Assembly (NCBI GenBank): GCA_051313645.2
Contig: JBNRSN020000002.1
Span: forward strand, 123,442,001-123,506,000
Direction: 5' to 3'
Length of the DNA: 64,000 nucleotides
From: Centroscyllium fabricii
Taxonomy: Eukaryota
Both the position numbers and the translations under genes were made by a program. Below, one piece after another: positions 11,001-23,000 of the stretch. The first letter of the stretch is position 1; every line of letters begins with the position of its first letter. The notes beneath the pieces were generated by a model that saw only the letters and a program-made list of their open reading frames with translations, searched no databases and was not told where the DNA came from.

Positions 11001-14000
11001 AACCTTTTGATCATTTCACAGATCGAACTTCAAATCACTCCCTGGTTTAAAAGTCGACAAGTGACATAAATGCCATTCCAACAATTCGAAAAGCTGCTAG
11101 AACAATATCCAACTCAACCTCATCACAGACAACTGCAATATTTTGATCCTTCTTCTCAACAGTCTAATGAATAATAAATAATATAATCACCTTCTAACTT
11201 TACTCTGGAATCAATCAATATGAGCGGCAAGTTGTTATGTACTGAATTATTCAGACATTTTGGCAAATGTTTCTGCTTCTTCATTATTACAGCTGACACA
11301 ACTCCACCTCCAGAAGTCTCCTCTCCCTCAACATCGGCAACATCAGGATCACCTGCAACTACAACACTTTCATCTGATTCTACGACTACTATATCCAAAT
11401 CACCCTCCACAGGGTCAACAGACACTCCAACAGTTTCATCTCAGCCCTCGACACAGACACCAACACCTACTTCACGTAAGTTCTAACTAAACTTATCCTA
11501 CAATCATTCATTTTTGAATGCCATGGGCTTTCATCGGCATAATTCGCACACTTGCTTCTAAGTATTAATGCTACTTGCACACCTGCAGCTCGCTCAACTA
11601 AGTACCCAATAGTTTCCTCTCATACCTCAGTATCAGAAGCACTGAGCACAAAGTCAATGCAAATGACAACAGTTTCATCTCCATCCCACACTGGATCAAC
11701 AGTGGCAACCTCAGGTAAGCAATAATCACTGCTGTCAATACTCAGTGATGCTCAACATGGTTTCATTTTTATCGTCATATCTCAGAACTTCCTGCAAATA
11801 TCTCCATTGCTTTCATTTCTACAGCAGGCACAACTGCAACTCTGACACCATCAGCTGCAGTCACATTCAAAATAGCATTTAAATACATATTTGTTTGAAC
11901 AGCCTTGACACAGCACTGTTTCCAGACAGAAAGTCGGCGGGTTTCGGCTGCTTAAGCAGCAGAGCCATTAGACGACTGAAACCACAGAGATTGAGTGACA
12001 GTTGCTGCCTGTTTCACTGGATTATCAAAGAGGTCTATGACATCACAATGGTTACTCTAAACCACAGAGATTGAGTGACAGCTGCTGCCTGTTTCAATGG
12101 ATAATCAAAGAGGTCTGTGACATCACAATGGCTACTCTAAACCACGGAGATTGAGTGACAGATGCTGTCTGTTTCAATGGCTGCGTGCTCCAGAAGAGCC
12201 ATTTCATTGAGAACTTAGGTGCTATCTGTCAAAACAGCCACAAGTTGAGTTTGTGACAGATTTTTGCCCACTCATCTTGTGCGCCCTAGGGATACAGTTA
12301 GTACCGATGCTGACTTGCGTCCAGGGACGGCTTCTACTGCAGCGGCTTAAGGGATAGCTAGGAAGTCACTAGTGTCCCCGCCATGTTTCATTGGCAGGGT
12401 TTCTAGCTGGTGGGTTTTGTGTGGGAAAATGCTGAAAATTATGACCATCCCTGCCGGCTGCCGGTGGGAACGATTCAGGGCGGGTAGACATGGTGGTAGG
12501 AAATTACAAAGTGGCGGGGGGGGGGGGGGGGTGGGGTAGTCAAGACACTTCGTTTTTGCATTTATGCGGCCCGCCCTGTCGAAAAGCCAGCCTCATGGCT
12601 CAATGTAAATTGACATCTTAATTTTTATTATAGATTCTGACATTCTGTTGATTATTCTCCCTCTCCTTTCCCATTTATAGTGGACTCAAACACAAATCCA
12701 AAGTCTTCATCGGTTTCGATAACATTAATATCTGACTCAACCTCCCCAGAGTCAGCTGCAATTTCAACTCTTTCCTCCACACAGACGCCGACACCTACTT
12801 CAGGTAAGCAACAACTAAATTCAGCATTAGACAAATTATTGTTCATGAGCATTTATTGCTTACTTCTCTTTCTCAGACCTGATTCCAAATGTCTCAGCAT
12901 CTGCAAAATTGGCAGCAAACTGACCTGTAGCGCCAACAGTTTCATTCTATCCTCCAAAGTGTCAACCACACTGACCTCAGCGTTGCAATAACTAATGTCA
13001 GACAGTCAGTTATCACTCCCAATACATTTAAACCTTTTGATCATTTCACAGATCTAACTTCAAATCACTCCCTGGTTTAAAAGTCGACAAGTGACATAAA
13101 TGCCATTCCAACAATTCGAAAAGCTGCTAGAACAATATCCAACTCAACCTCATCAGAGACAACTGCAATATTTTGATCCTTCTTCTCAACAGTCTAATGA
13201 ATAATAAATAATATAATCACCTTCTAACTTTACTCTGGAATCAATCATTATGAGCGGCAAGTTGTTATGTACTGAATTATTCAGAGATTTTGGCAAATGT
13301 TTCTGCTTCTTCATTATTACAGCTGACACAACTCCACCTGCAGAAGTCTCGTCTCCCTCAACATCTGCAACATCAGGATCACCTGCAACTGCAACACTTT
13401 CATCTGCTTCTATGACCACTATATCCAACTCACCCTCCACATTATCAACAGACATGCCAACAGTTCCATCTCAGCCCCCGACTCAGACGCCAACACCTAC
13501 TTCACGTAAGTTATAACTAAATTTAGCTGACGATCAATCAATTTTGAATAACAAGGGCTTTCATCGGCATCATTCTCACACTTTCTTCTCAATGTTTCTG
13601 CATCTTCCATACCTACAGCTCGCTCAACTGAGAACCCAATAGTTTCCTCTCCCTCCTCAACTACAGTATCAGAATCACTGAGCACAAAGTCAATGAATAC
13701 AACGACATTTTCAGCTCCATCCAACACGAGATCAACAGCGGTTACCTCAGGTAAGCAATAATTAACGCTGTCAATACTCAGTGACTCTCAACATGGTTTC
13801 TTCCTTATCATCATGTCTCACAACTTCCTGCAAATATCTCCATTGCTTTAATTTCTATAGCCGGCACAACTGCAACTCTGACACTGTCAGCTGCAGTCTC
13901 ATTCACAGTATCATTTAAAAACATTTTAGTCTTGCTCCTAAATACATCATTGTTTTCACTGTGATTTATAAAGCCTTCTTCACTTCACAGAAACTTCAGC

Positions 14001-17000
14001 TCTAATGACGTCAGAAACAACTGCAGCAACAAGTAAATCTTCAACAATTACGTCAGTTATTTAGTGACTACATTTTGCCTCTAATCAGTGATCACCAAGG
14101 AACACTTACTGTTTATCATAGATTCTGACATTCGCCTTTCCCATTTAAAGCGGACACAGCCCCAAATCCAAAGCCTTCATCAGTTTCGGCAACTTCCATA
14201 CCAGACTCACCCTCCCCAGGATCAGCTTCAATTCCAACTCTTTCCTCCACACAGACGCCGACACCTACTTCACGTAAGCAATAACGTAGCTCTGCTTTAG
14301 ACAGATTATTGTCAAAGAACATTTATTACTTACTTTTCTTTCTCATACCTTATTCCAAATGTCCCTTCATCTGCAAAATTGACAGCAAACTGACCTGCAG
14401 CACCAACAGTTTTATTCTATCCTCCAAAGTGTCAACAACACTGACCTCAGGATTGCAATAACCAATATTAGACAGTCAGCAAAGACTCCCAACATGTTTA
14501 TTCCTCATGATTATTTCACCAATCTAACTGCAAATCACTCCCTGGGTTAAATGTCTGCAACAGACATAACAGCCATTCCAACAATTGCAAATGCTGCTAC
14601 AATAATATCCAACTTATCCTCATCAGACACAACTGCAACTCGAATAATTTGATACTTCTTCTAAATACATTCATGAATTATAACTAAAATAAATTTCTAA
14701 CCTTACTCTGGGATCAATCATTATAAACAGCAAGTTGTTATGTATTGAATTCTTCAGAGATTTTGGCAAATATTTCTGCTTCTTCATTATTACAGCTGAC
14801 ACAACTCCACCTCCAGAGGTCTCCTCTCCCTCAACATCTGCAACATCAGGATCACCTGCAACTGCAACACTTTCATCTGATTCTATAACTACTATATCCA
14901 ACTCACCCTCCATCGGGTCAACAGACACTCCAACAGCTTCATCTCAGCCCTCGACACAGACACCAACACATACTTCACGTAAGTTCTAACTAAACCTAAC
15001 CTACAATCAGTAACTTTAAATACCTTGGGCTTTCATCAGCATAATTCTCACACTTGCATCTAATTATTTACGCTACTTCCATACCTGCAGCTCGCTCAAC
15101 GAAGAACCCAATAGTTTCCTCTCATACCTCAGTATCAGAATCACTGAGCACAAAGTCAATGCAAACTACAACAGTTTCATCTCCATCCCACACTGGATCA
15201 ACAGCGGCAACCTCAGGTAAGCAATAATCACCGCTCTCGATACTCAGTGACGCTCAACATGGTTTCATTCTTATCGTCATATCTCAGAACTTCCTGCAAA
15301 TATCTCCATTGCTTTAATTTCTATAGCAGGCACAACTGCAACTCTGACACTGTCAGCTGCAGTCACATTCAGAATAACATTTCAATACATTTTTGTTTGA
15401 ACAGCCTTGACACAGCACTGCTTTCAGACAGAATGTCGACGGGTTTCGGCTGCTTAAGCAGCAGAGCCATTAGACGACTGAAACCACAGAGATTGAGTGA
15501 CAGTTGCTGCCTGTTTCACTGGATTATCAAAGAGGTCTATGACATCACAATGGTTACTCTAAACCACAGAGATTGAGTGACAGCTGCTGCCTGTTTCAAT
15601 GGATAATCAAAGAGGTCTATGACATCACAATGGCTACTCTAAACCACAGAGATTGAGTGACAGATGCTGTCTGTTTCACTGGCTGCCTGCTCCAGCAGAG
15701 CCATTTCATTGAGAACTTAGGTGCTATCTGTCAAAACAGCCACAAGTTGGGTTTGTGACAGCTTTTCGCACACTGAGCTTGTGTACCCTAACGATACAAT
15801 TAGTGTCAATGCTGGCTCGAGTCCCGGGACGTCTTCTACTGCAGCAGCTTCAACAATAGTTAGTAAGTCACTAGTGTCCCCGCCATGTTTCATTGGCAGG
15901 GTTTCCAGCTGGTGGGTTTTGTGTGGGAAAAGGCTGAAAAATATGGGGGGCTCTTAAAATGGCATTATACATGCCAATTAAGGGTCCCTAAAAGGCCTAA
16001 TGACCATCCCTGCCGGCCGCCGGTGGGAACGATTCAAGGCGGGTAGACACGGTGGTAGGAAATTACAAAACGGTGGGGATCCAGCGCAGGGGGGGGCGGT
16101 GGTCGACATACTTCGTTCCTGCATTTTTGCGGCTGGCCCCTTCGAAATGCCAGCCTCATGGCTCAATGAAAATTGACAGCTTCATTTTTATTATAGATTC
16201 TGACATTCTGTTGATTATGCTCCTTCTCCTTTCACATTTATAGCAGACACAAACCCAAATCCAAAGTCTTCATCGGTTTCGACAACTTCCATACCTGACT
16301 CACCCTCCTCAGGGTCAGCTGCAATTTCAACTCTTTCCTCCACACAGACGCCGACACCTACTTCACGTAAGGAATAACTTAGTTCAGCTTTAGAGAAATT
16401 ATTGTCAAAGATCATTTATTACTTACTTGTCTTTCTCATACCTTATTCCAAATGTCCCTTCAGCTGCAAAATTGACAGCAAACTGACCTGCAGCACCAAC
16501 AGTTTTATTCTATCCTCCAAAGTGTCAACAACACTGACCTCAGGATTGCAATAACCAATATTAGACAGTCAGCGATGATTCCCAACATGTTTATTCCTCA
16601 TGATTATTTCACCAATCTAACTGCAAATCACTCCCTGGGATAAATGTCTGCAACAGACATAGCTGCCATTCCAACAATTCCAAATGCTGCTCCAATAATA
16701 TCCAACTCAACCTCATCAGACACAACTGCAACTCCAATAATTTGATACTTCTTCTCAACACATTCATGAATTATAACTAATAAAAATTTCTAACTTTACT
16801 CTGGGATCAATCATTATGAACAGCAAGTTGTTATGTATTGAATTATTCAGAGCTTTTGGCAAATGTTTCTGCTTCTTCATTATTACAGCTGCCACAACTC
16901 CACCTCCAGAAGTCTCCTCTCCCTCAACATCTGTAACATCAGGATCACCTGCAACTACAACACTTTCATCTGATTCTACGACTACTATATCCAACTCACC

Positions 17001-20000
17001 CCCCTCAGGGTCAACAGACACTCCAACAGTTTCATTTCAGCCCTCGACTCAGACACCAACACCTACTTCACGTAAGTTCTAACTAAAACTATCATACAAT
17101 CAGTCATTTTTGAATACCATGGGCTTTCATCGGCATAATTCTCACACTTGCTTCTAAGTATTTATGCTACTTCCATACCTGCAGCTCGCTCAACTAAGAA
17201 CCCGATAGTTTCCTCTCATACCTCAGTATCAGAATCACTGAGCACAAAGTCAATGCAAACTACAACAGATTCATCTCCATCCCACACTGGATCAACAGCG
17301 GCAACCTCAGAAAAGCAATAATCACCACTGTCAATACTCAGTGACGCTCAACATGGTTTCATTCTTATCGTCATATCTCAGAACTTCCTGCAAATATCTC
17401 CATTGCTTTAATTTCTATAGCAGGCACAACTGCAACGCTGACACTGTCAGCTGCAGTCACATTTACAGTAGCATTTAAATACATTTTAGTCTTGCTCCTA
17501 AATACATCATTGTTCTCACTGTGAACATATCTCCATTGCTTTGAGTTCTATAGCAGGCACAACTGCAACTCTGACACTGTCAGCTGCAGTCACATTCACA
17601 ATAGCATTCAAATACATTTTTGTTTGAACAGCCTTGACACAGCACTGTTTCCAGACAGAAAGTCGGCGGGTTTCGGCTGCTTAAGCAGCAGAGCCATTAG
17701 ACGACTGAAACCACAGAGATTGAGTGACAGTTGCTGCCTGTTTCACTGGATTACCAAAGAGGTCTATGACATCACAATGGTTACTCTAAACCACAGAGAT
17801 TGAGTGACAGCTGCTGCCTCTTTCAATGGATAATCAAAGGGGTCTGTGACATCACAATAGCTACTCTAAACCATGGAGATTGAGTGATAGATGCAGTCTG
17901 TTTCACTGGCTGCCTGCTCCAGCAGAGCCATTTCATTGAGAACTTAGGTGCTATCTGTCAAAACAGCCACAAGTTGGGTTTGTGACAGCTTTTCGCCCAC
18001 TGATCTTGTGCACCCCAGGGATACAGTTAGTACCGATGGTGGCTCGAGTCCAGGGACGTCTTCTACTGCAGCAGCTTCAAGGATAATTAGGAAGTCACTG
18101 GTGTCCCCACCATGTTTCATTGGCAGGGTTTCCAGCTGGTGGGTTTTGTGTGGGAAAAGGCTGAAAATTATGGGGGGCTCTTAAAATGGCATTATACATG
18201 CCAATTAAGGGTCCCTAATGAGCCTAATGACCATCCCTGCCGGCCGCCGGTGGGAACGATTCACGGCGGGTAGACACAGTGGTAGGAAATTACAAAGCGG
18301 CGGGGATCCAGCGGTAGGGGTGGGGTTGTCGAGACACTTCGGTTTTGCATTTTTGCGGCCCGACCCGTCGAAAAGCCAGCCTCATGGCTCAATGAAAATT
18401 GGCAGCTAATTCTTATTATAGATTCTGACATTCTGTTGATTATGCTCCCTCTCCTTTCCCATTTATAGTGGACACAAACCCAAATCCAAAGTCTTCATCG
18501 GTTTCAATAACATCAATCTCTGACTCAACCTCCCCAGTGTCAGCTGCAATTTCAACTCTTTCCTTCACACAGATGCCGACACCTACTTCACGTAAGCAAC
18601 AACTAAGTTCAGCATTAGACAAATTATTGTTCATGAGCATTTATTGCTTACTTCTCTTTCTCATACCTTATTACAAATGTCTCAGCATCTGCAAAATTGG
18701 CAGCAAACTGACCTGCAGCGCCAACAATTTCATTCTATCCTCAAGTGTCAACAACACTGACCTCAGCGTTGCAGTAACTAATATCAGACAGTCAGTGATC
18801 ACTCCCAATACATTTAAACCTTTTGATCATTTCACAGATCTAACTGCAAATCACTCCCTGGTTTAAATGTCGACAAGTGACATAAATGCCATTTCAACAA
18901 TTCGAAAAGCTGCTAGAACAATATCCAACTCAAGCTCATCAGAGACAACTGCAATATTTTGATCCTTCTTCTCAACAGTCTAATGAATAATAAATAATAT
19001 AATCACCTTCTAACTTTACTCTGGGATCAATCATTATGAACAGCAAGTTGTTATGTACCGAATTATTCAGACATTTTGGCAAATGTTTCTGCTTCTTCAT
19101 TATTACAGCTGACACAACTCCACCTGCAGAAGTCTCCTCTCCCTCAACATCTGCAACATCAGAATCACCTGCAACTGCAACACTTTCATCTGCTGCTATG
19201 ACCACTATATCCAACTCACCCTCCACAGGGTCAACGGATACGACAACAGTTTCATCTCTGCCCTCGACTCAGACGCCAACAGCTACTTCACGTATGTTAT
19301 AACTAAATTTAGCCGATGATCAATCAAATTTGAATAACATGGGCTTACATCGGCATCATTCTCACACTTTCTTCTAAATGTTTCTGCATCTTCCATACCT
19401 ACAGCTCGCTCAACTGAGAACCCAATAGTTTCCTCTCCCTCCTCAACTACAGTATCAGAATCATTGAGCACAATGTCAATGAACACGACGACATTTTCAG
19501 CTCCATCCCACACTGTATCTACAGCGGTTACATCAGGTAAGCAATAATCAACGCTGTCAATACTCAGTGACTCTCAACATGGTTTCTTCCTATCATCATG
19601 TCTTCCAACTTCCTGCAAATATCTCCATTGCTTTAATTTCTATAGCAGGCACAACTGCAACTCTGACACTGTCAGCTGCAGTCACATTCACAGAATCATT
19701 TAATTACATTTTAGTCTTGCTCCTCAATACATCATTGTTCTCATTGTGAATTATAAAGCCTTCTTCACTTCACAGAAGCTTCAGCTCTAATGACGTCAGA
19801 AACAATTGCAGCAACAAGTAAATCTTCAACAATTATGTCAGTTATTTAGTGACTACATCTTGCCTCTAATCAGTGATCACCAAGGAACACTTACTGTTTA
19901 TCATAGATTCTGACATTCTGTTGATTATCCTCCCTCGACTTTCCCATTTATAGCGGACACAGCCCCAAATCCAAAGCCTTCATCGGTTTCGATAACTTCC

Positions 20001-23000
20001 ATACCTGACTCACCCTCCTCCGGGTCAGCTGCAATTTCAACTCTTTCCTCTGCACAGACGCCGATACCTACTTCACGTAAGCAATAACTTAGTTCAGCTT
20101 TAGACAAATTATTGTCAAAGAACATTTATTACTTACTTGACTTTCTCATACCTTATTCCAAATGTCCCTTCATCTGCAAAATTGACAGCAAACTGACCTG
20201 CAGCACCAACAGTTTTATTCTATCCTCCAAAGTGTCAACAACACTGACCTCAGGATTGCAATAACCAATATTAGACAGTCAGCGATGACTCCCAACATGT
20301 TTATTCCTCATGATTATTTCACCAATCTAACTGCAAATCACTGCCTGGGTTAAATGTCTGCAACAGACATAACTGCCATTCCAACAATTCCAAATGCTGC
20401 TCCAATAATATCCAACTCAACCTCATCAGACACAACTGCAACTCCAATAATTTGATACTTCTTCTCAATACATTCATGAATTCTAACTAATATAAATTTC
20501 TAACTTTACCCTGGGATCAATCATTATAAACAGCAAGTTGTTATGTACTGAATTATTCAGAGATTTTGGCAAATGTTTCTGCTTCTTCATTATTACAGCT
20601 GACACAACTCCACCTCCAGAAGTCTCCTCTCCCTCAACATCTGCAACATCAGGATCACCTGCAACCACAACACTTTCATCTGATTCTACGACAACTATAT
20701 CCAACTCACCCTCCACAGTATCAACAGACACTCCAACAGTTTCATCTCAGCCCTCGACACAGACACCAACACCTACTTCACGTAAGTTCTAACTAAACCT
20801 ATCCTACAATCAGTCATTTTTGAATACCATGGGCTTTCATCGGCATAATTCTCACACTTGCATCTAAGTATTTACGCTACTTCCATACCTGCAGCTCGCT
20901 CAACTAAGAACCCAATAGTTTCCTCTCATACCTCAGTATCAGAATCACTGAGCACAAAGTCAATGCAAACTACAACAGTTTCATCTCCATCCCACACTGG
21001 ATCAACAGCGGCAACCTCAGGTAAGCAATAATCACCGCTGTCAGTTCTCAGTGACTCTCAACATTGTTTCATTCTTATCGTCATATCTCAGAACTTCCTG
21101 CAAATATCTCCATTGCTTTAACTTCTATAGCAGGCACAACTGCAACTCTGACACTGTCAGCTGCAGTCACATTCACAATAGCATTTAAATATATTTTTGT
21201 TTGAACAGCCTTGACACAGCATTATTTCCAGACAGAGAGTCAGCAGGTTTCGGCTGCTTAAGCAGCAGAGCCATTAGACGACTGAAACCACAGAGATTGT
21301 TTCACTGGATTATCAAAGAGGTCTATGACATCACAATGGTTACTCTAAACCACAGAGATTGAGTGACAGCTGTTGCCTGTTTCAATGGATAATCGAAGAG
21401 GTCTATGACATCACAATGGCTACTCTAAACCACGAGATTGAGTGACAGATGCTGTCTGTTTCACTGGCTGCCTGCTCCAGCAGAGCCATTTCATTGAGAA
21501 CTTAGGTGCTATCTGTCAAAACAGCCACAAGTTGGGTTTGTGACAGCTTTTCGCCTACTGAACTTGTGCACCCTGGGGATAGATTTAGTGCCGCTGCTGG
21601 CCCGAGTCCAGGGACGTCTTCTACTGCAGCGGCTTCAAGGATAGTTAGGAAGTAACTAGTGTCCCCGCCATGTTTCATTGGCAGGGTTTCCAGCTGGTGC
21701 GATTTGCGTGGGGAAAGGCTGAATAATATGGGGGGCTCTTAAAATGGCATTATACATGCCAATTAAGGGTCCCTAATGAGCCTAATGACCATCCCTGCCA
21801 GCCGCCGGTGGGAACGATTCAGGGCGGGTAGACACGGTGGTAGGAAATTAGAAAGCGGCGGGGATCCGGCGGAGGTGGGGGGCGGGGGGTGCGGGGCGGT
21901 GGTCGAGACACTTCGTTTTTGCATTTTTGCGGCCCGACCCGTCGAAAAGCCAGCCTCATGGCTCAATGAAAATTGACAGCTTAATTTTTATTATAGATTC
22001 TGACATTCTGTTCATTATGCTCCCTCTATTTCCCATTTATAGTGGACACAAACCCAAGTCCAAACTCTTCATCGGTTTCGATTAAATCAATTTCTGACTC
22101 AAACTCCCCAGAGTCAGCTGCAATTTCAACTCTTTCCTCCACACAGACTCCGACACCTACTTCACGTAAGCAGCAACTAAGTTCAGCATTGGACAAATTA
22201 TTGTTCATGAGCATTTATTGCTTACTTCTCTTTCTCATACCTGATTCCAAATGTCTCAGCATCTGCAAAATTGGCAGCAAAACTGACCTGCAGCGCCAAC
22301 AGTTTCATTCTATCCTCCAAAGTATCAACAACACTGACCTCTGCATTGCAATAACTAATATCAGACAGTCAGTCATCACTCCCAATACATTTACACCTTT
22401 TGATCATTTCACAGATCTAACTGCAAATCACTCCCTGGTTTAAATGTCGACAATTAACATGAATGCCATTCCAACAATTCGAAAAGCTGCTAGAACAATA
22501 TCCAACTCAACTTCATCAGAGACAACTGCAATATTTTGATCCTTCTTCTCAACCGTCTAATGAATAATAAATAATATAATCACCTTCTAACTTTACTCTG
22601 GGATCAATCATTATGAACAGCAAGTTGTTATGTACTGAATTATTCAGACATTTTGGCAAATGTTTCTGCTTCTTCATTATTACAGCTGACACAACTCCAC
22701 CTGCAGAAGTCTCCTCTCCCTCAACATCTGCAACATCAGAATCACCTGCAACTGCAACACTTTCATCTGCTGCTATGAACACTATATCCAACTCACCCTC
22801 CACAGTATCAACGGACACGCCAACAGTTTCATCTCAGCCCTCGACTCAGACGCCAACACCTACTTCACGTAAGTTATAACTAAATGTAGCCGACGATCAA
22901 TCAATTTTGAATAACATTGGCTTTCATCGGCATCATTCTCACACTTTCTTCTAAATGTTTCTGCATCTTCCATACCGACAGCTCGCTCAACTGAGAACCC

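Noticed and set aside
15930-16180. GC-rich intronic segment as a MITE
   Set aside because: I could not find terminal inverted repeats or a TSD; the gaaaa(a/t)t motifs are direct, not inverted.
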